The notes: generated by a model not told the origin, from the letters alone. 64,000 nt of DNA from Steroidobacteraceae bacterium (GCA_040902065.1 JBBDXX010000009.1:89224-153223), one strand, 5' to 3'. Numbered from the stretch's first letter, positions 41,029-50,079 are shown. Numbers and translations are program-made.

Positions 41029-41918
41029 GCATCCTGGTCAACCGCAAGAGCCGCGTGATCTGCCAGGGATTCACCGGCAAACAGGGCACGTTCCATTCCG
41101 AGCAGGCGATCGATTACGGCACCAACCTGGTCGGCGGCGTGACGCCCGGCCGCGGCGGCGGCCGCCATCTGGACCGCCCGGTGTTCAATACGGTGCATGA
41201 TGCAGTGGCCGCGACGAAGGCCGACGTCAGTGTCATCTATGTGCCGGCGCCATTCGCCGCCGACGCCATCCTGGAAGCGGCCGACGCGCGCGTCCGGCTG
41301 ATCGTCTGCATCACTGAGGGTATCCCGGTCAGCGACATGGTGCGGGTGAAGGCGGCACTCGCAGGCAGCAAGTCCCGGCTAGTCGGGCCGAACTGTCCCG
41401 GCGTCATCACGCCGGGCGAATGCAAAGTCGGCATCATGCCGGGCTTCATCCACAAGCCTGGCCGCATCGGCATCATCTCGCGCTCGGGCACGCTGACGTA
41501 CGAAGCGGTGTTCCAGACGACGAACCTCGGTCTCGGGCAGTCGAGCTGCGTCGGCATCGGCGGGGATCCGGTGCGCGGCATGAATTTCATCGAGGTGCTG
41601 GCGCTGTTCGAGCGCGACGACGACACCGCGGGCATCATCATGGTGGGCGAGATCGGCGGCAGCGACGAAGAAGCCGCTGCGGTCTATATCCGCCGTCACG
41701 TGACCAAGCCGGTGCTCGCCTATATCGCGGGCGTGACCGCACCGGCCGGCAAGCGCATGGGCCATGCCGGTGCCGTAATCGCGGGCGGGAAGGGCACGGC
41801 GGCCGACAAGTACGCCGCGCTCGAAGAGGCCGGCGTACGCACGGTGCATTCCCCGGCCGAACTTGGCAGCGGCATGAAGGCGGCGCTGGCGGCGCGCCGC
41901 CGCAAAAAGAAACGCTGA
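41025..41918 (+). CDS. sucD: Succinyl-CoA synthetase alpha subunit
   Basis: ATGA overlap with sucC. Motifs: [21 protein letters not shown], and the catalytic-His context MGHAGAVI. Confidence 0.96.
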
Positions 41919-41924
41919 TGCCAC

Positions 41925-42040
41925 AAAAGGGGTCGCATCCCCTTCCAAAGGGGTCGCATCCCTTTCCGGCTTGGCCATCGCCGGAGGCGACGGATGGCTA
42001 AGCCGGCGTACGCAAGGCCGGAAAGGGATGCGACCCCTCT
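41925..42040. repeat. Nested-palindrome repeat, family 1, copy 3 (asymmetric, overlaps the nadE 5' end)
   Basis: Two direct units, AAAAGGGGTCGCATCCCCTT (41925-41944) and AAAGGGGTCGCATCCCTTTCCGGC (41947-41970), plus one inverted unit GCCGGAAAGGGATGCGACCCCT (42017-42038). The 46-nt loop holds GGAGG (41983-41987) and the nadE ATG (41994). Confidence 0.8.
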
Positions 42041-43664
42041 TCGGATTGCCCTTGCGCAGATCAATGCCACGGTCGGCGACGCTGCGGGCAATGCCGAGCG
42101 CATCATCGGACGTCTGGAAGTGGCGCGGCGAGAAGGCGCACGGCTCCTGGTGACGCCGGAACTGGCGCTCTCGGGTTATCCACCCGAGGACCTGCTGTTT
42201 CACCGCGGTTTCCGCCGGCGAATCGAAGGCACGATGGCGAGGCTCGCGGATGCCGCCCGCGGCATCGATCTGCTCGTGGGCTATCCGGAATACGTGAACG
42301 GCGCGCTTTACAACGCCGCAGCCTGGCTCCGGGAGGGCAGCTGCATCGCGAGTTATCGCAAGCAACGGCTGCCGAATTACCAGGTGTTCGACGAAGAGCG
42401 CTACTTCACGGCTGGCACGGCCGCAGTCGCGGTGGAGTTCGCCGGCATCCGGATCGCGCCGCTCATCTGCGAGGACGTCTGGCACGTCGGCCCCGCGGCG
42501 GCGGCTCGTGCGGCCGGCGCATCGTTAGTTGTCGCGCTGAACGCTTCTCCATACCAGCAAGGCAAGCAGCCCGAACGCGAGGCGAACATCGCACTTCGCG
42601 CTCGCGAGACCGGCATGGCGTTCCTCTATCTCAACCTGGTCGGCGGGCAGGACGAGCTGGTGTTCGACGGGTGTTCGTTCGCGATGGATGCGGCCGGCTC
42701 GCTCGCGCAGCGTGCGCCCGCCTTCGAAGAAGCGTTGTCCTACGTGGACATCACCAGGTCGGGAGACATGTTGCGGTTCGCGGACGGCCCGCTCGCCGCC
42801 TTGCCGGTCGGGGAGGAAAGCGTCTGGCGCGCGATCGTGCACGGCGTGCGCGACTACGTCGGGAAGCACGAGTTTCCGGGTGTCGTGATTGGCCTCTCCG
42901 GCGGCGTCGATTCGGCACTGGTGCTGGCGCTGGCCTGTGATGCGTTGGGTCCCGACCGCGTGCAGGCGGTGATGATGCCGTCGCGCCACACGACGGCGAT
43001 GTCGAAAGACGATGCCGCGGAAATGGCGAAAGGGCTCGGCGTGAAATACTCGGTCATTCCGATCGAGGACATGTATGCGGCAGCGATCGCCTCGCTCGCA
43101 AAAGAGTTCAAGGGCCGCGCGCCGGACACGACCGAGGAGAATATCCAGGCGCGCTGCCGCGGCATGCTGCTGATGGCGATCTCGAACAAGACCGGCCGCA
43201 TGGTGCTGACTACCGGCAACAAGAGCGAGATGTCCGTTGGCTATGCGACGCTTTACGGCGACATGGCGGGCGGTTATGCGCCCATCAAGGATTGCAGCAA
43301 GACGCTGGTTTGGCGGCTCGCGCGGTGGCGGAACGGCTTGGGGCCGATGCCGGTGATCCCGCAGCGCATCATCGACCGTCCGCCGACCGCTGAGTTGCGG
43401 GACAACCAGCTTGATTCCGACACGTTGCCGCCCTACCACGTGCTCGATCCGATCCTCGAAGCGTTCATCGAGGACGACCGCTCGGTGGATGAGATTGTCG
43501 AGCTCGGATTCGAACGCGCAACCGTCACGCGGGTGCTCGAGATGGTCAAGCGTAATGAATACAAACGCCGGCAGGCGCCGCCCGGCGTGCGCGTCAGCGG
43601 CCGCGCCTTCGGGCGCGACTGGCGCTATCCGATTACCTCCGGTTACCGCCCCGGGGAGTCATAG
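41994..43664 (+). CDS. nadE: Glutamine-dependent NAD+ synthetase
   Basis: 556 aa. N-terminal CN-hydrolase domain (LRIALAQIN, LVTPELALSGYPPEDL, IAPLICEDVWH) and a C-terminal NAD synthetase PP-loop GLSGGVDSALV. ATG 41994 is the only ATG/GTG/TTG upstream of the conserved LRIALAQ. Confidence 0.9.
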   Translation: MAKPAYARPERDATPLRIALAQINATVGDAAGNAERIIGRLEVARREGARLLVTPELALSGYPPEDLLFHRGFRRRIEGTMARLADAARGIDLLVGYPEYVNGALYNAAAWLREGSCIASYRKQRLPNYQVFDEERYFTAGTAAVAVEFAGIRIAPLICEDVWHVGPAAAARAAGASLVVALNASPYQQGKQPEREANIALRARETGMAFLYLNLVGGQDELVFDGCSFAMDAAGSLAQRAPAFEEALSYVDITRSGDMLRFADGPLAALPVGEESVWRAIVHGVRDYVGKHEFPGVVIGLSGGVDSALVLALACDALGPDRVQAVMMPSRHTTAMSKDDAAEMAKGLGVKYSVIPIEDMYAAAIASLAKEFKGRAPDTTEENIQARCRGMLLMAISNKTGRMVLTTGNKSEMSVGYATLYGDMAGGYAPIKDCSKTLVWRLARWRNGLGPMPVIPQRIIDRPPTAELRDNQLDSDTLPPYHVLDPILEAFIEDDRSVDEIVELGFERATVTRVLEMVKRNEYKRRQAPPGVRVSGRAFGRDWRYPITSGYRPGES

Positions 43665-43665
43665 C

Positions 43666-43779
43666 GGGGTCGCATCCCCTTCTAAAGGGGACGCAACCCT
43701 TTAATGCGGCGTTATGAAAGCCGTCAATGTTGCGGGTCCTTTAAAGGGTTGCGTCCCCTTTAGAAGGGGATGCGACCCC
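43666..43779. repeat. Nested-palindrome repeat, family 1, copy 4
   Basis: Perfect 39-bp inverted repeat, verified base by base: GGGGTCGCATCCCCTTCTAAAGGGGACGCAACCCTTTAA (43666-43704) / reverse complement (43741-43779), with a 36-nt loop. It lies between the convergent nadE and bamD genes. Confidence 0.9.
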
Positions 43780-43792
43780 TTTGCGTACCCCT

Positions 43793-44563
43793 CTACCAGA
43801 AAGGCCACCAGTCGCGCCGGTTGCGGCGTTCGGGCGGGGCGCCGGGATAGTTCAGTGCATAGACTTCCTGCGAGCGCTCCGCGAGATCGGCCATGCCGAG
43901 ACCCTGATAGGCCGCGATCATGACGCCGAGCGCGTCTCGTACCGCGGGCGCGCCGTCGTAGTTCTCGACGCAGAAGCGCGCACGCGCAATCGCGGCGACC
44001 CAGGCTTCGCGCCGCAGGTAATAGTCGGCGACATGCACTTCGTACTCCGCAAGACGGTTGCGCAGGAAAATCATTCGCTGCCGCGCGTCGTGCGCGTACT
44101 CACTCTGGGGAAAGCGCTCGATCATCGACTGGAACGACTGGAACGAACGGCGCGCGTCGGACGGCGGACGCTCAGTCAGTTCCGCGTTGAACCAGCGCTC
44201 CAGCAAGTTGGGCGAGCGCTCGAAATAGACGAGACCCTTGACGTACATCGCGTAGTCCACGCGCGGATGCGTCGGGTTCTCGCGTATGAACTGATCTGCG
44301 GCGTCAATGGCCGACTCGGCCTCGTTGGCCTTGTAATAGGAATAGATGATGTCGAGCCGCGCCTGGCGCGCGAGCTCTGAAAACGGATAGCGCGCCTCGA
44401 GAGCCTCGTAATAGCGAACTGCCCCGCGGAAGTCCCCGCTCAACATCGCGTTATTTGCGCGTTCGTAAAGCTTCTCGGGCAGGATCTGCTCGGCCGCGCG
44501 GTCCCGGAAGCTGCAGGCGCCGAGTATCAGCGCGCAGCACGCAATCGCCATGGCGCGCGCCAT
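43793..44563 (-). CDS. bamD: Outer membrane protein assembly factor BamD (YfiO/ComL)
   Basis: Start at ATG 44563. Lipoprotein signal MARAMAIACCALILGAC|S, then TPR-like repeats (YERANNAMLSGDFRGAVRYYEALEARYPFS...). The upstream part of the 596-aa ORF is antisense to rluD. Confidence 0.9.
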   Translation of the reverse strand: MARAMAIACCALILGACSFRDRAAEQILPEKLYERANNAMLSGDFRGAVRYYEALEARYPFSELARQARLDIIYSYYKANEAESAIDAADQFIRENPTHPRVDYAMYVKGLVYFERSPNLLERWFNAELTERPPSDARRSFQSFQSMIERFPQSEYAHDARQRMIFLRNRLAEYEVHVADYYLRREAWVAAIARARFCVENYDGAPAVRDALGVMIAAYQGLGMADLAERSQEVYALNYPGAPPERRNRRDWWPFW

Positions 44564-44641
44564 CGTCTTGTTCCGCTGCAAAGGACTGGACCCCGACTGT
44601 TGAACCGACGCAGTATAGCGGCAAAGACCGTTCCAGACCCC

Positions 44642-45607
44642 ATGAGTTCCCCCAGACACCAACGCGAATTGCGGCTGCCGACGGAGGCCGCAGGCCGGCG
44701 GCTCGACCAGGCGCTTGCGGAAGCGCTGCCGGAATTCTCGCGCTCGCGGCTGAAGCGCTTCATCGATGCCGGTCAACTGACCGTCGACGGCGGCATCGCC
44801 CGGCCGCGCGATATCGTCGCGGGCGGCGAGCGGGTCGCGCTCGATGCGCCGATCGAGGACGCGGTCGTTCCGCTCGCGCAGGCGATCGAGCTCTCGATTG
44901 CGTGGGAGGACGAGCAGTTCATCGTCGTCAACAAGCCCGCCGGTCTGGTTGTGCATCCGGGCGCGGGCAACCGCGACCACACGCTGCAGAATGCGCTGCT
45001 TGCGCACGATCCGAAGCTTGCGAAGCTGCCGCGCGCCGGCATCGTGCACCGGCTCGACAAGGACACGACGGGACTCCTGATCGTGGCGCGAAACGACGTC
45101 GCGCGCGAGTACCTGACGGAAGCGCTGGCGGCGCGCACCATCGAGCGCGAGTACCAGGCGATCGCAATCGGCGTCATGACTTCGGGTGGCACGGTGGATG
45201 CGCCCATCGACCGGCATCCGGTCGATCGCGTGCGCATGGCTGTGCGCACCGGCGGGCGCGATGCCGTCACGCACTACCGCGTCATCGAGCGCTTCCGCCG
45301 CCACACCTGGGCGCGGGTCATGCTCGAAACCGGACGCACGCACCAGATCCGATTGCATCTGGCGCATGCCGGCTATCCGCTGGTTGGCGACTCGGTCTAC
45401 GGCCGCCGGCTCGAGATTCCGCGCGGCGCGACCGCGGCGCTCGAGGCAGCGCTGCGTGACTTCCGCCGCCAGGCGTTGCACGCGGCCAAACTCACGTTCC
45501 CGCACCCGGCGGACGGCCGGGCAATCGAAGTCACGGCTCCGCTTCCGGCCGATTTCCTGGCGCTGATCGCTGCGCTGCGCCACGATCGCAAGGCGACGGA
45601 AAGCTGA
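44642..45607 (+). CDS. rluD: 23S rRNA pseudouridine synthase RluD
   Basis: ATG 44642 is preferred (TTG 44600 is possible). S4-like N-terminus RLDQALAEALPEFSRSRLKRFI and catalytic HRLDKDTTGLLIVAR. bamD/rluD are divergent as in E. coli. Confidence 0.9.
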   Translation: MSSPRHQRELRLPTEAAGRRLDQALAEALPEFSRSRLKRFIDAGQLTVDGGIARPRDIVAGGERVALDAPIEDAVVPLAQAIELSIAWEDEQFIVVNKPAGLVVHPGAGNRDHTLQNALLAHDPKLAKLPRAGIVHRLDKDTTGLLIVARNDVAREYLTEALAARTIEREYQAIAIGVMTSGGTVDAPIDRHPVDRVRMAVRTGGRDAVTHYRVIERFRRHTWARVMLETGRTHQIRLHLAHAGYPLVGDSVYGRRLEIPRGATAALEAALRDFRRQALHAAKLTFPHPADGRAIEVTAPLPADFLALIAALRHDRKATES

Positions 45608-46341
45608 TGGCAGCCCACGAGTTCCTGCAGCCGGACTGGCCTGCTCCCGCGAACGTGCGGGCGGCGATGACGACCCGCACCGGCGGCGTCAGCAGCGGCC
45701 GTTTCTCGAGCTTCAATCTCGCGACGCATGTCGGCGACGACCTCGCCGCGGTCGCGGAGAATCGCCGCCGCCTGCGCGAAGCGCTCGAACTGCCGGCCGA
45801 ACCGCGGTGGCTGGAGCAGGTGCATGGAGCGAAAGTAGTCGCCATCCCGGGCAAGTCGCCGCGAGCAGCGGACGGCGTCGTGACGTTCGCGCAGGGCGCG
45901 GTGTGTGCCATCCTGGTCGCGGATTGCCTGCCGGTGTTCCTTGCAAGCCGCGACGGCACGCGGGCCGGCCTGGCACACGCGGGATGGCGCGGTCTCGCCG
46001 CCGGCATCGTCGAAGCAACGGTCGCGAAGCTCGATTGCAATCCGAAGAATCTTGTCGCCTGGCTCGGGCCATCGATCGGTCCCTCGGCCTTCGAGGTCGG
46101 CGCCGATGTCCGCAGCGCATTCGTCGCCGACGATCCGGGATCGGCAGCGCATTTCCAGACGGGACACGCGGACCGGTTTTTCGCGGACCTGCCGTCGCTC
46201 GCGAGTCGCCGCCTGACGGCGGCTGGCGTCACCGACATTCGGGGCAGCGGTCGTTGCACGGTCTCCGAGCCGGCACGATTCTATTCGCACCGGCGCGACG
46301 GTCGGACCGGGCGCATGGCGGCGTTGCTGTGGCTGGCATGA
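45607..46341 (+). CDS. pgeF: PgeF/YfiH-family (purine nucleoside phosphorylase / peptidoglycan editing factor, DUF152)
   Basis: 244 aa with TRTGGVSSGRFSSFNL, LVADCLPV, AHAGWRG and FYSHRRDG. Canonical position after rluD. Confidence 0.88.
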   Translation: MAAHEFLQPDWPAPANVRAAMTTRTGGVSSGRFSSFNLATHVGDDLAAVAENRRRLREALELPAEPRWLEQVHGAKVVAIPGKSPRAADGVVTFAQGAVCAILVADCLPVFLASRDGTRAGLAHAGWRGLAAGIVEATVAKLDCNPKNLVAWLGPSIGPSAFEVGADVRSAFVADDPGSAAHFQTGHADRFFADLPSLASRRLTAAGVTDIRGSGRCTVSEPARFYSHRRDGRTGRMAALLWLA

Positions 46342-46360
46342 CGGAGTGCAGGCTGAACTG

Positions 46361-47134
46361 ATGTCGACGCTCGCACTGATCCTGATCTTCACGGGCGGCA
46401 GCGGAGCGCTTTCGGCGCTGATCGCCGGCGGATTCCTGCTGCTGCCGGCAGGGCGCCGCAATGCCTTGCTGCCGCATCTCGTGAGCTTTGCGACGGGTGC
46501 GCTGCTCGGCGCGGCATTGCTTGCGCTGCTGCCGCATGCGCTTGACAGCGGCGGCGGCGCACACGGTATTGGCATCGCGCTCGCCGGCGGCATCGTCGCG
46601 TTCTTCGTGCTGGAGAAAATGGTCCTGTGGCGTCACTGCCACGTGGATGCCTGCGAGGCGCATGGGCCGACGGAACTTCACCGTGCGCGTGCGTCCGCAA
46701 CGCTCATCCTCTGGGGCGATGCGTTCCATAACACGCTGGACGGCGTGTTGATCGCGGCGGCCTTCCTGACGGATCCGCATCTCGGCATCGTGACGACGGT
46801 CGCCGTGTTCGCGCACGAGATTCCGCAGGAAGTCGGCGACCTCGCTATCCTGCTGAACGGCGGCATGTCGCGCCGGCGCGCGCTGATGCTGAACGTGGCG
46901 GTCAGCCTCGCCTCGGTCGCGGGCGCGCTGATCGCCTGGTTCCTGCTCGCGCGGGCGCTCGAAGTGCTGCCGTATGCGCTTGCGATCGCCGCGGCGAGCT
47001 TCCTCTATGTCGCAGTCGCGGACCTGATCCCGGGGTTACACCGGCGGGTGGATGCGCGCACGTCGATTCAGCAAGTCGCACTCATCGCGCTCGGCGTACT
47101 CATCATTGGCCTGTCGCACGAGTTCGCGCACTAG
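46361..47134 (+). CDS. ZIP-family divalent metal (zinc) transporter
   Basis: Polytopic protein with the ZIP signature HEIPQEVGDLAILL and a His/Cys-rich loop (WRHCHVDACEAHGPTELH). The start is ATG 46361 or GTG 46346. Confidence 0.85.
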   Translation: MSTLALILIFTGGSGALSALIAGGFLLLPAGRRNALLPHLVSFATGALLGAALLALLPHALDSGGGAHGIGIALAGGIVAFFVLEKMVLWRHCHVDACEAHGPTELHRARASATLILWGDAFHNTLDGVLIAAAFLTDPHLGIVTTVAVFAHEIPQEVGDLAILLNGGMSRRRALMLNVAVSLASVAGALIAWFLLARALEVLPYALAIAAASFLYVAVADLIPGLHRRVDARTSIQQVALIALGVLIIGLSHEFAH

Positions 47135-47154
47135 CGCCACAGCGCGTTGCTTCC

Positions 47155-47330
47155 GGCCGGGACTCCGGCTCGCTCGCTCAGCCCGAACTTATTCGCTCGC
47201 TCGCCGGGTCCCGTCTGGTCGCGCGCGCGATGGCAGCCGTGACCGCGCCGCGCGGACCAGGCGGGCCCGACACGCGAGTGAGCGAATTTTCCGACTCTTC
47301 TGAGCGAACGAGCGTAGTCGGGCCCGGCGT
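47155..47330. repeat. Intergenic palindromic repeat, family 2, copy B (nested inverted repeats)
   Basis: The core GAACTTATTCGCTCGCTCGCCGGGTCCCGTC (47185-47215) matches 12887-12917. Its inner partner is CGGGCCCGACACGCGAGTGAGCGAATTTTC. The outer pair is CCGGGACTCCGGCTCGCTCGCTCAG / CTGAGCGAACGAGCGTAGTCGGGCCCGG. It lies between the convergent ZIP and coaX genes. Confidence 0.6.
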
Positions 47331-47353
47331 AGTCCGCGCGACTGCGGTTACGT

Positions 47354-48124
47354 TCAGCTATTGAGCCGCAGCGCCTCGCGCAGGCCGAGCAGAACGAGTT
47401 CCGGGACGTGCGCGTCGAAGATGCCCTCGTCCTCGAACAGCCGCGCAAAGCCGCCGGTGCCGATGAGCATCGTCTCACTGCCGGCGAAGTAGCGCTCGCG
47501 GACTTCGGCGCAGAGATGACGAAGAATCGCGACGTTGCCGTAATAGAGTCCCGCCTGAATGCTTTCCACCGTAGAGCGGCCGAGCAGCTCCGGCGGTTTC
47601 CGGATCTCGACTTTCGGCAAACGTGCGGTGCGCGCATCCAGACTTTCCATCGCCAGGCGCAGCCCGGGCAGGATCAGACCGCCGAGATAGTCGCGTTCGG
47701 CAGTCAGCGCATCGATGGTTGTCGCCGTGCCGAAATCCACGATGATGGCGTTCTTTCCGGGAAACAGGCCGGCCGCCGCGATGGCGCCCGCGATTCGATC
47801 GGTGCCGACTTCGAGCGGATTGCGGTAGCGGATCCTGAGACCGGTGCGGACCCCGGGCTCCAGCAGGAACGGGCGCAGGCCGAAGTACTTGATCGTGGCA
47901 TTGCGCACCGAATGCACCATGTCCGGCACGACCGAGCAGATAGACACGGCGGTGATGCTGGTCGGATCGAAGCCGTTCTCGCGCAGCACCTGCCGCAGGA
48001 ACAGGCCGAGCTCGTCCGATGTCGCCTCCGTACGCGTCGCGCGGCGAAACTGCAGACAGAGCTTCGCATCGTCGAATACACCGCCGAATATCTGGCTGTT
48101 GCCGATGTCGAGGACGAGGATCAT
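47354..48124 (-). CDS. coaX: Type III pantothenate kinase
   Basis: Start at ATG 48124, an ATGA overlap with the coaB stop. Motifs: MILVLDIGNSQI, IIVDFGTATTIDA, LIGTGG. Confidence 0.92.
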   Translation of the reverse strand: MILVLDIGNSQIFGGVFDDAKLCLQFRRATRTEATSDELGLFLRQVLRENGFDPTSITAVSICSVVPDMVHSVRNATIKYFGLRPFLLEPGVRTGLRIRYRNPLEVGTDRIAGAIAAAGLFPGKNAIIVDFGTATTIDALTAERDYLGGLILPGLRLAMESLDARTARLPKVEIRKPPELLGRSTVESIQAGLYYGNVAILRHLCAEVRERYFAGSETMLIGTGGFARLFEDEGIFDAHVPELVLLGLREALRLNS

Positions 48125-48771
48125 GCGGGGCTTCGGGACGGTAGCTGTTCGAGCAGTGTGACCAGCGCCATCGCGAGCGCCTCGCGCCCGCTGCAGCGCC
48201 ATTGTCCCCCGCCGCGAGCGTGGATGATGAAGACGTGCTCGGCGTCGTCGAGCGTCGCGACGTCGTTCTGCACGATGTAATCCGCGCCGCTGCGTGCCAT
48301 CAGGTCCGTCGCGGCGCGCACCTGCGCAGCCGGATCCGGATGGTGCGTCAGCTTGAAGCCGATGAGCGTGAGCTCCTGGCCGCCGGCGTGGCTGCGAATG
48401 TGGTCGATGATCTTGGCGGTCGGGCGCAGACGCAGGGCCAGTTCCCCGCCGGACGGCAATTTCGTTCCGGACAGCGGCCCGCTGACGGCAAAATCCCCCA
48501 CGGCCGCGGCGTGGATGACGGCATCGTAACGGCCGTCGGTCAGCATCCGGCCCAGCAGCTCGTCGAGCGAGGCGTGATCGGTGAAGACCTCATGCCGCGC
48601 AATGCCCGCTGCGCGCACAGAATCGACGCCGTGCAACTGCGTAACGCGCGAGCCGCGCGCGGCCAATGCCTCGCAGATTGCCGCGCCGGTGCGCCCGCTG
48701 CTCAGGTTCGAGATGTAGCGTACGCTGTCGATCGGTTCGCGCGTCGCGCCGGAAGTCACGAGCACCTTCAT
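48121..48771 (-). CDS. coaB: Phosphopantothenate--cysteine ligase (stand-alone CoaB)
   Basis: 216 aa from ATG 48771, an ATGA overlap with the coaC stop. It begins MKVLVTSGATREPIDSVRYISNLSSGRTG, the signature that starts the CoaB half of bifunctional Dfp. Confidence 0.85.
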   Translation of the reverse strand: MKVLVTSGATREPIDSVRYISNLSSGRTGAAICEALAARGSRVTQLHGVDSVRAAGIARHEVFTDHASLDELLGRMLTDGRYDAVIHAAAVGDFAVSGPLSGTKLPSGGELALRLRPTAKIIDHIRSHAGGQELTLIGFKLTHHPDPAAQVRAATDLMARSGADYIVQNDVATLDDAEHVFIIHARGGGQWRCSGREALAMALVTLLEQLPSRSPA

Positions 48772-49325
48772 CGCGACTCCAGGGCCTTCAGCAGCTCGGC
48801 CTCGATCTCGGTAACCTCGAGCAGCCGGCCTTCGCCGGATTCGCCGCAAGCCAGGCGGCCTTCGCCGACCGGCAGCAGGCGCGCCCCGTAGTCGGCGAGA
48901 CGTCGACGCGAGGCGGCGGTTGCAGGATGCTCCCACATGGTCGCGTTCATCGCCGGCGCGATCAGCCAGGGCTTGGCTGCGATTTCCCAGGCCAGGAAGA
49001 GCGCGCCGATCGCATCGTCGGCGAGCCCCGCGGCGAGCCGGTTCAGCGAGTTGGCGGTTGCCGGACAGACGAGCGCCGCATCCGCCCAGCGCGCCAGGTT
49101 GATGTGATCCATGGCGCGGCCCGGCTGGTAGAGATCGACGAACGGCGGGCGTCCGGTCAGGCCCTCGAGCGTCGCCGCGCCGACGAAACGCAGGGCGCCT
49201 GCGCTCGCGACTGTCTGCACCGAGACACCGCGCTTGACGAGGCGCGAGATCAGCTCGCAGGCCTTGAAGCAGGCGATCGAGCCGGTCAGCAGGAACAGGA
49301 CTTTCGGGTCACGCATGTTCGACAT
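48768..49325 (-). CDS. coaC: Phosphopantothenoylcysteine decarboxylase (stand-alone CoaC flavoprotein)
   Basis: 185 aa with FLLTGSIACFKA, APAMNATMW and LACGESGEGRL (PPC-decarboxylase motifs). The start is ATG 49325 or ATG 49316; either overlaps the panC 3' end. Confidence 0.85.
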   Translation of the reverse strand: MSNMRDPKVLFLLTGSIACFKACELISRLVKRGVSVQTVASAGALRFVGAATLEGLTGRPPFVDLYQPGRAMDHINLARWADAALVCPATANSLNRLAAGLADDAIGALFLAWEIAAKPWLIAPAMNATMWEHPATAASRRRLADYGARLLPVGEGRLACGESGEGRLLEVTEIEAELLKALESR

Positions 49326-50079
49326 TGTCGATGAGTCTTAGCTTGCCAAGGCGCACGGCCGCGAGCCGGCGGCCGTCATGATCCGCGATGTACTCGACTT
49401 CGAATCCTTCCCGCTCGAGATCGGCCGCAGCGGCGGCGGGCGGCCGGGCCTCGTCGATGCTGCGCGCGAGCACGCGATGAAAAGTCGGCGCCCGCGCACG
49501 TTCCTCGCTGGTCAGCAGCCGGTTCCTCGAGCTCATCGCCAGGCCATCGCTCTCGCGCACGAGCGGGCAGGGCACGATCTCTGTATCCAGGAAAAATGCC
49601 TTCGCCAGGCCCTTGACGAGGCGCAGTTGCTGGAAGTCCTTCTCGCCGAAGTACGCTCGCTCCGGACGGACGAGCATCAGCAGTTTCAGCACGACGGTGA
49701 GAACGCCGTCGAAGTGCCCGGGCCGTCCAGCACCGCAGAACTGTCGGCTCAGGTCGTTCTCGATCACGCGGTAGCGGTAGTCGTCCGGATAGATTTCGTC
49801 CGCGCGCGGCAGAAACACCAGATCACAGCCGGCCGCGCGCAGCGCTGACAGATCCTCCTCGAGCGGCCGCGGATAGGACTGGAGATCGGCTTGCTCGTCG
49901 AACTGCGCCGGATTGACGAAAATACTGGCCCACAGCTGGGCGTTTTCGCCACGCGCACGATGCAAGAGCGACAGATGCCCTTCGTGCAGCGCGCCCATCG
50001 TCGGCACGAAGCCCGTGCTGCCGGCACCGCGCTCGCGGCGATGCGTCACTAGGTCCTCGACTGCCTCGACGATCCTCAT
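49309..50079 (-). CDS. panC: Pantoate--beta-alanine ligase
   Basis: Start at ATG 50079, an ATGA overlap with panB. Motifs: VPTMGALHEGHLSLL (HxGH), FGEKDFQQ, MSSRN. Confidence 0.93.
   Translation of the reverse strand: MRIVEAVEDLVTHRRERGAGSTGFVPTMGALHEGHLSLLHRARGENAQLWASIFVNPAQFDEQADLQSYPRPLEEDLSALRAAGCDLVFLPRADEIYPDDYRYRVIENDLSRQFCGAGRPGHFDGVLTVVLKLLMLVRPERAYFGEKDFQQLRLVKGLAKAFFLDTEIVPCPLVRESDGLAMSSRNRLLTSEERARAPTFHRVLARSIDEARPPAAAAADLEREGFEVEYIADHDGRRLAAVRLGKLRLIDNVEHA

Noticed and set aside
48121-48936. The longer 271-aa version of the coaB ORF, starting at 48936.
   Set aside because: Its first 55 codons are out-of-frame readings of the coaC 3' end and are Arg/Gly-rich. The conserved CoaB signature begins exactly at the internal ATG 48771, which overlaps the coaC stop.
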